From: Octopus bimaculoides | Lineage: Eukaryota | Direction of reading: 5' to 3' | NCBI RefSeq assembly: GCF_001194135.2 | Contig: NC_068996.1 | Coordinates: 39,233,669-39,297,668, forward strand | DNA length: 64,000 nt | In this document: one piece after another, positions 24,261-38,270 of the stretch | How positions within the stretch are numbered: position 1 is the stretch's first letter | Layout of the letters: each line of letters begins with the position of its first letter | Program-made: the position numbers and the translations under genes | Notes under the pieces: generated by a model | Told to the model about the DNA's origin: nothing | Database searches by the model: none | Seen by the model: the letters and a program-made list of their open reading frames with translations, nothing else

Positions 24261-24729
24261 GGCACACACATACATACTCATGAAGAAAAGGTGGTTACAG
24301 CTGGAAGGCCATTTACAACAGATCTGCTTCATCAGGACCTATGCAACAACATGTACAATGAAAGGGAAAAATGAAGTGTTTAGATATTTATGTCTTTGTG
24401 TGTAGTGAATCATGTTACATGAATAAAGTAAAGTGCTGCCTACTGAAACCAGAACAACTTTATGGAATATCAAATCTTGCTGAGGAATTTGAAAGTACCA
24501 TAATTTTGAATAGAGAAACCATTTAGAGACAAGTTGGTGATTCCTTTTGGAAAACATTTTATCTATGTCACTAATGTTCTTAGGAAATTATTCTCAGTAA
24601 GTATTAATGATTGTGGTAGAATTTCCCTTAATCAACACCTGCATTCACTAGGTTTAGAATATTATTTAATATATACGACTTTTCATTTCTGCAATACATA
24701 GTAATTAAGAAAATAAAAGAGTGTTGGGC

Positions 24730-25445
24730 CTCACAGGTGATGTGGCTGAGTTCCTTTCGAGCATTAGGCCTCATGGAGGCAAAGTGGTCGAGCTTCTTTT
24801 GAGTGTTTTATTTCTTTCTAGTTTTCACAAATTTATAGCATTCAAGATCCACAATTTGCCATCATGTGGCATTGCAGTTGCTACACAAGCATCACACAAT
24901 CTGCTCTTCCCTCAATGAGAAACTCTGTTAGCAGCAAAAATAAATAGTTCCCTGAATTTTCTTCATCCCAATCTTACTCTGGTTACTATATTTTCATACC
25001 ATCCACTTCCACTGCTGATTTGGTTGCCTATGGCAACAGAAATTTTTCAACTATATCTAGGGACCCATCTGGACATTTGAGAAAATTTATTTCAAACCAT
25101 TGCCAGCACAGATAAAATCTTTCACTCGCTGAATGACACATGTAATTGCCAGTTTTACAGATGTTAGCAGTGGTTCATTTTTGGAACTAGATGACTCGTC
25201 ACAATATCATTGATAAGATTCTGTCATCCTGCATTTTAGTAATTTTTGCCTTGGTCATTGATTACCATATTTTAACATGTTTAAGGAACCCTTTCTTGTC
25301 AAAAATTAGGTTAAAAAATTTGCGAGTTTCTTATACATGGACAGTATTATAATCCCTTAAAGAACCTTCTTTCCAAATTTTAAGCCCCCAAAATTAAGGG
25401 GTTTGTTATACTTGAGGGTTCCTTATACACGTTAAAATACAGTAA
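24730..25445 (-). mobile_element. Degenerate pogo/Tigger-like DNA transposon remnant
   Basis: Terminal cttatacacgttaaaatacagTA resembles pogo/Tigger ends; internal coding heavily decayed; other end not found. Confidence 0.45.
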
Positions 25446-25721
25446 TTTGATTCCTCTGCTGAAACTATAATTCTGTCATGATGATTTCCAACCATTCTGA
25501 TGGTGATCTCAAATATTCTAATCATTTGTTTCAGATTTACCTCGCTTAGTTATTAGACTCACCAAGAATAAAAGTCCTGCTGGTATAGCTCTTTGAATCA
25601 GAGATGTGCAAGCCCCACTAACGTGACCAAGTCGAGAATCACTGGCATAGAATGTGGATATAAAATGATGATGATGACTACCATTTTATTGCCCTAATTT
25701 CTTTGTTATTACATTAAAGAA

Positions 25722-26065
25722 GGTGCAAGACTCAGTTGTTAAGAGCATTGGGCTCACAATCATGAGGTAGTGAGATCGATTCCCAGACCGGACAGTATTT
25801 TGTGTTCTTGAGCAAGACACTTTACTTCACGTTGCTCCAGTTCACTCTCCTGTAGAAATGAGTTGTGACGTCACAGGTGCCAAACTGTATCGGCCTTTGC
25901 CTTTCCCTTGGATAACATCAGTGGTGTGGAGAGGGGAGGCTGGTATGCATGGGTGATTTCTTGTCTTCCATAAACAACCTTGCCTGGATTTGTGCCTTGG
26001 AGGGGAACCTTCTAGATGCAATCCCATGGTCATTCATGACTGAATGGGGTCTTTACCCTTTTTAC
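25722..26065 (+). mobile_element. SINE family C, about 30 nt from the donor of coding exon 2
   Basis: B-box-like gagatcgattccc, ttgagcaagacac core. Confidence 0.85.
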
Positions 26066-26096
26066 GTTAAAGAACAATTGATTGTTTTAAACTTAC

Positions 26097-26176
26097 CAAT
26101 CCCTTTTGAACAATTATCATACACAATTTTAATTGTTTCTCGATCTATTTGAGGACTTTCGGTTGACAATGGCTGC
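26097..26176 (-). CDS. STXBP4: Coding exon 2 (80 nt): (R)QPLSTESPQIDRETIKIVYDNCSKGI(G), start of PDZ domain
   Basis: Very long polypyrimidine tract ending ttttcAG; donor G|GTAAGT; phase 2 to phase 1; joins to the next exon to give the PDZ carboxylate-binding loop GIGL. Confidence 0.92.
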
Positions 26177-26306
26177 CTGAAAATAGAGAAAGGTGGGGAA
26201 AAAAAGAGAAAGAACATAAATTAGATCAGAAGTCCTTATTTAATCTGCATCCCACATAGAATACATGCACAAAACAGTAATATTTTAACCAGAAGTTGAT
26301 ACATAT

Positions 26307-26534
26307 TTAACTCTTTAGCATTCAGATTACTCTGCCAAATGTAAAGCTTATTCATTCACATTACTTTGAATTAATCATGCCTTATCTTTCAGCTTTGAAA
26401 TTTGGATGATGTGAATGTAATTTTTAGAATGACTGTGTGGGATAGGTGTGAGGAGCTGGATCTAGCAAGTTTGGACTTAAAAGTAGGTAGATTGTTTTGC
26501 CCAGATATGGTTGGTTTAAATGCTAAAAGATTAA
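26307..26534. mobile_element. MITE family D
   Basis: TTAActctttagcatt...aatgctaaaagaTTAA. Confidence 0.8.
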
Positions 26535-28829
26535 AGAGTATACATGTATATAGGAAGTTGAAAATGACGATTCAATAAATCATGACATCCACTGCAACAG
26601 TCTTAAATTTAAGTTATTATTTGAATGTCATTATTCTCATTGACTTGGCAATTACTTCCTCACTATAATTTATTTTCCTCCTTATCTTTCAGTTTAGAGT
26701 ACACGATCATCAACTTTTTCTCATAATCTATCCAAATCATCTTCTTTGTTGATATCTCCTGTTCTCTTCTGTTGTTTCCAATGGAGTTTCTTGGAATTCT
26801 GTCAGCTTTTTATTTGTTCATGTTGCTAGTTGAGCTTCATGCATTTCAATGATTTTTATGAACTTGTTGAATTCTTTCATAGTTTGTTTGTTTTTGGATC
26901 TATTTTGTTTTATGGTCTTTCTACTTTATTCAAACAAAAAGCTCAAAGAAAGCAATAAAAGTGGGAACCACAAAATACCAAAATGACTATAGAAAAATAA
27001 AATAGCCTTCTACCAAAAGCTATATTCCAGAGAGTGAAAAATGAGAATTGCTTACTAATTCTAAATTCTAATTTTTTTCTAATAGATATTGGGAAGCTTT
27101 GATTTACATGAATAATTTGAATTAAAGACAAGCTTGAGAAAACAAGAGAACTGAACATGAAGAATTGGAAAATTTAAGAATGATACAAAGGAAAATGTCT
27201 CCAGGAGCTGTAAAGGTTTTCAAAAATAGTGCTTAATTCTGGCTTTAGTACTACTAAGTACACAGAATATACATCTTGTTTAAATAGGTCAGTAGTATAT
27301 AAGTACAGATTATATTACCAGATGACCTGGTGCCAATTTATTAGAACTAGATGCATAAAGAAATAAGTGCCGAGAGGGTAATACACATAAACTAGTTAGC
27401 TATAAGCAGGTGGTCTAAGACATATATCTATTTAATGACTGTGTTCATAGTGATAATTCCTTTCCTAGACACAAAATCTTTTGTCCACGGCCTCTCTTTG
27501 TCCAAGATATATTCTAGAGGAGATTCTTGACCAGTTTTTCACACATTAACTTATGTAGGTTGATCTGTGTAAAATTTTAGAAAAAGGAACCTAGCTGTTT
27601 CTTGCAATACAACCATCTAAAGCAGGGATTCATTGTTTTTTTTTATCTATGGACCCCTTTGATTACCATTTTATTCTGGTGGACCCCCACAGCCATTCAA
27701 TGTTTAAAAATTAGTTTCATAGATATTTCTTTTAAAGTTCCTATTTTGTTTTTCACACATTAACTTGTGTAGGTTGAACTATGTAAAATGTCAGAGAAAG
27801 AAACCAAGTTGTTTTTTGTAATACATACCAACACTTACATCTAAAGCAAATTGTTTTCAAAGGACCTTATTTCACTATTGTGGATCCCCAATTAGCTATT
27901 TTGTTGCATGGACCCTGGTTGAGAATCACTGATATACTCTATAGTTTAATTTCTGAAGAATGGTCACTGTCCTTACATAGAATAGACTTTCCCTACTGTT
28001 TAAACAGGACATTAGTAATAGACATTTACAGTTGCTCCATTCCACAAAGTTTATCTGATGCCTATCACCTTTTTAACATCTGCCACTACACCTCTTTCCC
28101 CCAAGTCATTACTGTTAGTGGTTTTAATAAACACAACTGCTTCTGTTTCTTTGAACTCAACCAACACAGTTAATACAGTAGAAGCTGGATCATTTGCCAT
28201 CCTAAACTACCCACACAAGTTACTTTATACATTCGCCAACACAACACTATTGATCTCTATCTTACCTTAAAACCCAGTCTTTATTTAGCTACCATAATCT
28301 CTTTCCCTGTTCGGTTTTTGAATTTTATATTCAATCCATCTAAGACAGCAACCAATACCATTATCTTAGTCCCTCCTGCATACAAAACTACAACAACAAA
28401 TACTACTACTCAGTTCAAACAAAAGGTATCCTTTCTCCCTATCAATACAAGCATGAACTGTACATGAGCACTTAGAGTGCTGGAAATAGCAGCCAAATCT
28501 CCAACAAATCACTCAAGAAAAAGAAAAAAAGGAAATGACATAGTAAATGTAGTGTTCAGCACCTCATAAAATAGGATAGTTGTGACTGGATTGCTTTTGA
28601 TTATAGATCAGCTCAGTCAAAACTGATCTGAGATTAAAAAACTTCCAACCTGTCAATCATTCCTAAAAACTGAAGCCCTCTGAAATTCCTTCACTGCCCA
28701 TATTTTCCCTAAAGAAGTTCAAGCTGAACCTCTTTTTTAGTTTGAAAGAGTCTGTATTAATTAGTCAACAGAGAAATGGAAGGATCCATAATCTTTTACA
28801 AAGATGAACAATAAAAGTGTGATAGTTAA

Positions 28830-29030
28830 TCAATAACAATTAATGTCCATTTTCCATGCTGGCACGAGTTGGATGGCTTGACAGGAACTGGCAAGGCCAG
28901 GGTCTGCACCAGGTTCCATAGTCTGTTTTGGCATGGTTTCTACACCTGGATGCACTTCCTAACATCAACCACTCCACAGAATGTACCCGGATGCTTTTTA
29001 CATGACACCAGCACCTACACCAATGCTTCT
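28830..29030 (-). mobile_element. RTE LINE 3' tail copy
   Basis: Shared terminal module, reverse orientation. Confidence 0.75.
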
Positions 29031-31264
29031 CATGTGGAACCTTGGGTGGGTTAATATTGGTCAGAAATTGTTAGATAGGTGAACGAGTATGTATAGTTTG
29101 TGTAGTTCATATTAACTTAGGATTAAAAAACTCCAGAAGACAGTACACAACACAATGCAATGCTATTCATTTCACACACCCGATGAAGTCCACCCACAAT
29201 ACTGTTCTATCATAATACCATTCACATTTAGAATGCATTATAAGGACATAAATCAGCCCAAGTATTCAAGTGGTACTTTATTAAATCTGGAAGAATCTAA
29301 GCCAAGTTAATAACGGTAAGATCTGTATTAGCTACCAATTCCCTAATGATCTGGCCATTCCACCATGTCTGGCACAGACAATCATTTGTAGTAACCTTAG
29401 AATTGTTTATTGAATGACCAAGAAAAAAAGGTGTTGATTGGGTCACAAAGTCAATGGCTTTTAAGTTTATATTTGATGCAAATGTTTTGCATATTTGAGT
29501 ATGGGGTAGTTTTAATCTCATTAGCTTTAAGCCTCTAAATACAGGACCCAGTAGTAGCATTATGAAACCCAAAGTCGAAAATAAAGGGTAAGGTCAACCA
29601 GGGAAAGATTTGAACACAGAAATACTGTTGCAGTCTGCTATTTTTCTACTGACCACTATATACATCATCATCTACATACATGTATATATACATATACACA
29701 ACGGACACATCATCACCACTCCATGACAAGCTAATAACAGTTACATTTCATCTGATAAATCTAAACCTATATTGCAAACAGCTAAGAATTAAAAATTAGA
29801 CAAACATTAAAAAAATACAAACAAAAAAAACACACACTGAACAAACAAGTTTAAGTTTTTTACTTAATCCAGGCTTAAAGGCACCCAAGCAAAAATAGAT
29901 TATATAAGCATGTTTCAACTTGAACTTTATATATTAAAAATACATTCCACATCTTTCATATTGAAATATTTATGGTGTTAGCCACGCAAACACACACACA
30001 CACCTGTAAGGTGTTAAACATTCAAGTATATTTACTTGCATTCATCACAAAGTTTATACATCAAGCACAAACCGTTTCACTGGTTTGTATTAATGATTTC
30101 TAATTCAGACCAGTCAGTGTATTCTCATATCTTAATATTGTGACATCTAATATGTGACATTCTTTTTGCTTCTCTCTTTTGTCAATGTTTTTTTTTATGG
30201 CTACTTTTTATCAAATCTCCATATCACTCATTTTAATTGAGTGTCTTATTACTCTCTGAACCGCCAGTAGTAGATCAATCATATCTTATTCTGCACTGAT
30301 GGCAACCATTTGAACTTGTGACCGTCTCTGATTTCATTAGATACAGCTCCTGGCTCTAGCACTCAATTCACACTGTCATCCTGAACTGTCAGTACCATAT
30401 AGTTTTCATACTTATTGATATCCCTGACCGAACACATCAAGCACATATTTTTGCCCCGTTTCTCACTATAGAGACAATTTGTAGCCATAATGTAAAAAGA
30501 AATCTCATGTAGTTTGTAGTTCACTTGAAAATAAGAAAACCAAAGAGATTCTGTTTAAAACTCTGATGCTGTTTCCATTCAGGAGTCACAATTAATGCTA
30601 AATAAATTAACAGCTTACACACAACTTTTGAAAATTATAAACTAGTCTATGGTACTTTCCTAACAGTGATGTGGTCCTGATCTCTTCTGCAACTCTGCTT
30701 TAAGTTTAGAATTGTAGACTTAGTTCAGAAGGTATTATATAAATTTTGACAGATTATTATTTCTATTGATTCCATCATCACTACAATCATCATTTAACGT
30801 CTGTTTTTCTTGTTGGCAAACCAGAAGACTATGCCAAGCTCTGTTGTCCGTCTAGGTATGGTTTCTGCAGCTGGCTGCTCTTCCCAATGCCAATCACTTC
30901 ACAGAGTGTAGTGTGCACTTTTTCATGATACTAGTGGGGTTACCAAGTAAACTTGCAAGACAAAGTTTCCTTGACTAGGAGTAATAGTATTATTAGTATC
31001 TTTTAATACTTTCATTTAGATGATTTAAATGAAAGCAGACAAGACTAAATGTTTTACATTTAGCTCCAGGTCAAAACTAATTGAGGAAACCTACAAATAA
31101 ACCACTCTTTTAGAGGTGACTGCATTATCCAATGTGTACTGTACTTTTTTTTTTAAAGACAGCTGTAATTTGAAAGAAATACTGTTTCTATCTAATAGTT
31201 GGTACATAAGCACTTATTTCTTTATTTTAGTGAAATATATATTCTACTTCATATTTTTTGCAGT

Positions 31265-31636
31265 TTTATTACCTCCATCTTAGTGAAGGCAGAGGTATTG
31301 TTTTCAATCATGTCTGTTTGTTTGTCTGTGGACAAGATATCTCAAGAACCACTGGATGGATTCAGATAAAACTTTCAGGGATGTTTGGTCTCATGACTGG
31401 CATAAACTGATTAGATTTTTTAGGATCAATCTGGTACTGGACAAGGATTCTGGATTATTTTTCCTGTTTTCTTTACTTAATTTTTGAGAACGGTAGGGTT
31501 CAATTTTAGTATTCTCATTTGTGAGAGCAGTCAGTTTATTTCAGACATTCTCATTTAAAAAATAATCTCCAGCTAATCGTTGATAGGACGTTGGTGTTGC
31601 CTTGGCAGAGGTTTGCACTCTCTGAGTGCTCTTGTT
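31265..31636 (+). mobile_element. Helentron/DINE-1-like non-autonomous element
   Basis: Starts ttattacctcc...ggcagaggt, has a gtctgttt microsatellite, subterminal ggcagaggt and 3' hairpin gcactctctgagtgc. Confidence 0.6.
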
Positions 31637-32044
31637 TATTTATTTTTTCATACTGTTTCCATCCCCTTAGTAGTATGACAATGGGATTTCAAACTGCTGA
31701 GTCCAGATTACACAAGAGTTCACTTCAATTTCCATTTTACAAATGGAAAGGCTGTTGTCAGTATTTAATATACTCCTCTTATGTTTGATACTGACAACAA
31801 TTTTCACTTGTAATTATCTTTATATATCCCCTTTCCATGCTTGGATGAGTTGGGTAAGCTGCCACCCAAATTCAAGGAGTTATAATTCCTATCAGACACA
31901 TCAAAGGACCACATTCTGTTAGTATGTTGCATTTTTGGCATAGTTCCTTTTAAGAGCTGGATATTCATTTAAACATCACCCACTTTACAGAGAGTGCTGC
32001 TTTCATGTTATATTACTATATTACATTATTTTCATATATGTAAG

Positions 32045-32835
<791 letters not shown>

Positions 32836-33374
32836 TGAGTGTGAATTTCAGTTAAATGATAACTGGGCAAAACAGTTTATAGACAATATTTGCTACGTGC
32901 GTGGCACAAATGAATACAAAAACAGCGTTTGTTGAAATGCCAGTCCTAAGACAATATACTGGGATTGATTTATCAACTAGGACAACTGGATAGTAATGGT
33001 GGTGGTGATAATAATACTGATAATGGCTATTGTTGTTGTTGTTATTGATTAATGTTTGTCACCTTTGCACAAACAGACCAAGAGAGCAGAGTTAGCACAT
33101 CAAAACTTTGGCAGGTAGCCCACATATATATATCTTACACCTTGGATGCCCAAATCATCTGTCTACTTATCTGTGTGGTGTCTGAATATTTAGTTGTAGG
33201 AAAAAAAAAAAAAAAAAACAGCTTTGTGTAGAGTGGAGAGTGTCTATGTCTGAATATGTATTAGAGAGAGACTAACATTATGCAGAACAAGCGGCATTTA
33301 TGTTTAAACTTGTAGATGAGAACCAGTGAGGTGTAGATTCGACATTATGATGTATTTTTTTTGTCTTTATTTTT

Positions 33375-33548
33375 CATGGCTACGTGGAAGAAATTTGTTT
33401 GCCAACCACATGGTTCTGGGTTCAGTGTTATTGTGTGGCACCTTGGGCAAGTGTCTTTCACTGTAGCCTGAGGCTGACCAAAGCCTTGTGAGTGGATAAG
33501 GTAGGCAGAAACTGAAAGAAGCTTTGTTGAGTATGTATGTATATACAT
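33375..33548 (+). mobile_element. SINE family A head
   Basis: Homology to 11470-11640. Confidence 0.8.
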
Positions 33549-33737
33549 ATATACTCTTTTACTTGTTTCAGTCATTTGAATGCAGCCATGCTGGAGCACC
33601 ACCTTTAGTCGAGGAAATCAACCCCAAGACTTATTCTTTGTAAGCCTAGTGCTTATTCTATCAGTCTATTTTGCTGAACCACTAATGTTACGGGGATGTA
33701 AACACACTAGCCTAGGTTGTCAAGCAATGTTGGGGGG

Positions 33738-33768
<31 letters not shown>

Positions 33769-34765
33769 CTAGCAGAAATACCCGGCTTTGCCCGGGTTAA
33801 AGAGAATAATGAAATCTAAAAACGCCGTCTAGACTACGCAACCCTCAACTGTTAGTAGCTACGATACCATATTCCTACATTAATAACTCTCCAATCCATG
33901 CCAGCATGGAACATAGACATTAAGTGGAATGCCAGTCTCTCATCTGGGAAGGCCTTGAAATCAATGTTACCAACTGGGGACTATGTGTCGCAGTGATAAT
34001 AAAAAGACTCAAAGGAGGTCTGCAACNNNNNNNNNNNNNNNNNNNNNNNNNNNNNNNNNNNNNNNNNNNNNNNNNNNNNNNNNNNNNNNNNNNNNNNNNN
34101 NNNNNNNNNNNNNNNNNNNNNNNNNNNNNNNNNNNNNNNNNNNNNNNNNNNNNNNNNNNNNNNNNNNNNNNNNNNNNNNNNNNNNNNNNNNNNNNNNNNN
34201 NNNNNNNNNNNNNNNNNNNNNNNNNNNNNNNNNNNNNNNNNNNNNNNNNNNNNNNNNNNNNNNNNNNNNNNNNNNNNNNNNNNNNNNNNNNNNNNNNNNN
34301 NNNNNNNNNNNNNNNNNNNNNNNNNNNNNNNNNNNNNNNNNNNNNNNNNNNNNNNNNNNNNNNNNNNNNNNNNNNNNNNNNNNNNNNNNNNNNNACATCT
34401 ACACACATGTATGCCTATACATCTACACACATGTATGCCTATACATCTACACACATGTATGCCTGTACATCTACACACATGTATGCCTATACATCTACAC
34501 ACATGTATGCCTATACATCTACACACATGTATGCCTATACATCTACACACATGTATGCCTATACATCTACACACATGTATACATATACGTCTCTCTCTCT
34601 CTCTCCCTCTCCCCCCTCTCAAGAAGTTAAACATGTTTTTTGACTAAAACACTACTGGAACCCTAAGTAAGGCATCTGTAAAATTTGAATGAAATTGGTT
34701 GCGTAGTTCTCGAGTTTTAGGGATTCACACAGACAGACAGACACATTCTCATTTTTATATATAGA
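33769..34765 (-). mobile_element. Non-autonomous Helitron, inserted A|T within the (TA)n tract of a SINE
   Basis: 5' A|TCTATATATAAAAATGAG at 34765; 3' hairpin ACCCGG-6nt-CCGGGT (33780-33797) followed by CTAG|T at 33772-33769; no TSD; flanking SINE halves are colinear; internal N-gap. Confidence 0.8.
34395..34582. repeat. 24-bp minisatellite (acatctacacacatgtatgcctat), about 8 visible copies
   Basis: Near-perfect tandem units running into the N-gap; source of the TSTHMYAY-type ORFs. Confidence 0.95.
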
Positions 34766-34894
34766 TATATATATATATATGTGTATACACAAAATGGGCT
34801 TCTTTCAGTTTTCATCTACCAAATCCACTCACAAGGCATTGGTTGGCCCGAGGCTATAGTAGAAGACACTTGCCCAAGCTGTGACACAGTAGGA

Positions 34895-35205
34895 CTTTGA
34901 CTGGCCATGCTGGAGCATGACATTGAAGGGTTTTAGTTGAACAAATCAACTACAGGGTTTGTTTTTTAAGCCTAGTACTTATTCTATTGGTCTCTTTTTG
35001 CCAAACCATTAAGTTACGGGGACATAAACACACCAACACCAGTTGTCAAACAGTAATGGGCTTTCAGTTTCTGTCTACCAAATGTACTCACAAGGATTTG
35101 GTCGGCCCGAGGCTATAGTAAAAGATACTCGCCCAAGGTGCCATGCAGTGCGACTGAACCTGGAACCATGTGGTTGGGAAGTAAGCTCCTTACTACACAG
35201 CCACA
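34895..35205 (-). mobile_element. SINE family A
   Basis: Homology to 11461-11890. Confidence 0.8.
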
Positions 35206-35754
35206 TATTTATGTGCGCTTGTCTTTGTGTCTGTGCCCCCCTCCCCAAACAAAAACAACAAGTAGAGTTGATTAATTCAACTAAAAGTTGAATTAAGCAG
35301 TGCTCCAGCATGGCTGCAGTCTAATGACTGAAACAAGTAGAAGATATATCTTCACATACAGACGCAACATGTGAATATGCTCTATTTGAATAAGTTGGTG
35401 GATTTTGCATTTATGAACAAAAGATCACATAATCAAACACAAACCTGTCATATAAAGACAATGGGTTTTTAAATATTATCTCATTTTGCTATGCAGCTGC
35501 GCTCTGTAGGGGTAATTTTTGATAACTGAAACAAGTTTTTGATGAGTAACGTCATTGTTTAATGTCCATGCGAGTGTTACTACAGCTAGGTACCCTTTCT
35601 GTAGCCAGCTCTCATATTTCAAAGCAACATAGTATTTCTCCTAACCCCATTGCCAGACATGTTTGTTATGGAAGGCAGGAAATGAACATGACATATGATG
35701 CCTTTTTCACAATCATTGGATGATGTCAAAACAAGGGGACACACAAACACATGC

Positions 35755-36210
35755 ACATTATCAAGAGGTGCTGGTCTCTGAAGAGGGAACATGTGGAAGG
35801 GAACCTAGGAAGACGTGGTATGAAGTGGTGAGGAAGGATCAACAAACATCAGGGCTCACAGAAGGGATAACAAGGGACTGAGACTCCTGGCACTTTGCTG
35901 TGCCTGAAAAGACATGTCAAGCTGAGTAAAAACGTAGTTGCCTTGCAAACAGGCTCATCCCCTGCAACCTTCTCCAACTGAACATCCCTAATCATGCAGG
36001 TTTGTAGGTGCTGGTGCCATGTAAAAAGGACCTGATCCAGTGCTGTATAAAAGCACAGACTACACTTTGTAAAGTAGGTGGTGTTAGGAAGGACATCCAG
36101 CTGTATAAACCAGGTCAAAACAGACATGGAGCCTGAACAGCCCTTCAGCTGGTCAGCTCCTGTCAAACCAACACATGCCAGCATGGAAAACATGTTAAAC
36201 GATGATGATG
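35755..36210 (+). mobile_element. RTE LINE 3' end
   Basis: GRPRKTW-like remnant followed by the shared tail ending gatgatgatga. Confidence 0.75.
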
Positions 36211-36989
36211 ATCTATATCTTTATATTTACATATTCCAGGGTGTATATGTTCAAAGAAGTTATGTTTGAAAGTGAGTAAACACTTAGTTCCTGAATAACT
36301 GTAGGTGAAACAAAATAGATTTTGTTGGACTAGCAATTATGAACTAAATGTTTACACACACACACACACACACAAAGACAGGCTTCTTTCAGTTTCTATG
36401 TACTAAATCCACTCATAAGCCTTTAGTTAGCCTAGAACTATAGCAGAAGACACCTACTCAAGGTGCTAGACAGTGCAACAGAACCAGATACAACATGACT
36501 GGGAAGTAAGTTTCTGAACCACACAATCACGCCTGCACCAATCATGATAATTTAAATGGAGATTACTGCTAATCTGTTTCTATGGATAAAAGATTATTGG
36601 TTGCTGTTGTTTAGTTTTAGATCAGCGCTAATCAAGAAGGATTACAATCAGAGGAATTCCAGCTGTGACAATCCTGTCTTTTATTCAGATACAATGTGTA
36701 TGCTACATTAAGCTATCTTAAAACTTTATTTTAAAGACAGCAGAGTGTGATTGGCTATTATTTCTAGCAAATTAGGCCAATACATCATTAAAGTCAAGTT
36801 TGGTTGTTGTGCAACTCCAGGTCAATCTTGACTGATTCGAACTATGATGAAAAGCGTTCCTGTCTTTTTAAGGGATCCAAGATCCCGTCAACTCTTTTTT
36901 TTTGTTTATGAGAAACACTTGGGATGTTTGGGACCTCAGCTATGATGAGGTAATATATATAGTTTTTGCCAATAAAGAGTATCAATTAT

Positions 36990-37310
36990 CAAAATAAAGA
37001 CCCCTTTTGGTCACAAACGACCATGTGATTGCACCAGGAAAGTTCCCCCATGAGGCACAATTTTGGGCAAGGTTGTTTATAGAAGACCAGCTGTCGCCTC
37101 TCAATGCCACTGCTGTTATCCTGGGGAAAAGCAAAGACTGATACAGCTTGGCACCAGTGATGTCACAACTCATTTCTACAGCTGAGTGGACTGGAGCAAC
37201 GTGAAATGAAGTGTCTTGCTCAAGAACACAACACAGCACAGTCTAGGAATTGAACTCACTACCTGGTGATTGTGAGCACAACACACTAACCACTGAGCCA
37301 TGTGCTTTCA
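36990..37310 (-). mobile_element. SINE family C
   Basis: Reverse complement of 25722-26065. Confidence 0.85.
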
Positions 37311-37469
37311 GCTGTCAAAATAAAAGTACCTTTAGTGCCATAGCTGTGTTGTGTTTTAAGGGTCATTGCTTTTTGTTTATTTTAGTGCAGGTTAAATAAG
37401 GGATGAAGTTTGTACTGTGAATTTTTCTTCAATGTGCAGGAGACGCAAACAAGTTTGTTTACTGGACAC

Positions 37470-37815
37470 TATTCTTATCTTTTACTTGTTTCAGTCATTA
37501 GACTGCAGCCATGCTGGGGCATTGCCTTGAACAATTTTTTCTATCAAACGAATCAAACCCCAGTATTCATTTTTTCTAAGCCTGGAATTTATTCTATCAT
37601 ATCTCTTTTGCTGATTTACTAAGTTACAGGGATGGTTGTCAAGTGCTAGTGGGGGACAAACACAGACACACACACACATATATCGACTTCTTTCAGTTTC
37701 TGTCTATCAAGTCCCCTTACAAATCTTTGGTTGGCTTGAGGCTATAATAGAAGACACAAGCCCAAGGTACCATGCAGTGGGACTGAACCCAGAGCCATGT
37801 GGTTGGGAAGCACAC
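37470..37815 (-). mobile_element. SINE family A
   Basis: Homology to 11461-11890. Confidence 0.8.
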
Positions 37816-38035
37816 AGCCAACACATTTTGTTTTTAGAGAGCACTTTGTTGAATTGCAAGCATTATAATTGTTATTAACTGACATTTTGAGTACATGCAT
37901 GATGGTTTTTGCAACGAGTTAGTCTGAGAAGAAAATCATTTTTGGTCTCTCTTTGGTTTGACAGTAAATCTCACTTTGCTTTAGTTTGCAATACTGGCTG
38001 TCTGATCTGATGTGTTACACTATTCGGTAAAACTC

Positions 38036-38270
38036 AATCATCATCATTTAACATTTGTTGTCCATGCTGGCATGGGTTGGACAGTTTAACCAAAGCTGGC
38101 AAGCTAGAGATATGCACCAGACTCCAGTCTGATTTGGCATGGTTTTTATGGTTGGATGCCCTTTCTAATGCCAACCACTTTACAGAGTGTGCTGAGTGCT
38201 TCAACGTGGTACTGCACAGGCTCTTTTACATGGCACCGTATGAGCACTTTTATGTGGTACCATCACAAGT
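38036..38270 (-). mobile_element. RTE LINE 3' tail copy
   Basis: Shared terminal module, reverse orientation. Confidence 0.75.

Larger units (their letters stand above)
33555..34893 (-). mobile_element. SINE family A split by the non-autonomous Helitron
   Basis: Body 33555-33768 and head 34766-34893 are consecutive parts of the consensus. Confidence 0.8.

Noticed and set aside
30467-30523. Exon-like segment (acceptor ttttcAAG, donor ATA|GTGAGA) reading VNYKLHEISFYIMATNCLY
   Set aside because: It is open only in phase 1, whereas the preceding coding exon ends in phase 2, where it hits a stop after 6 codons; the real PDZ start is supplied by 26097-26176
34395-34582. Regular 24-bp repeat as a CRISPR-like array or repetitive peptide gene
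   Set aside because: No spacers, eukaryotic context, no splice or start signals; it is a minisatellite inside a Helitron
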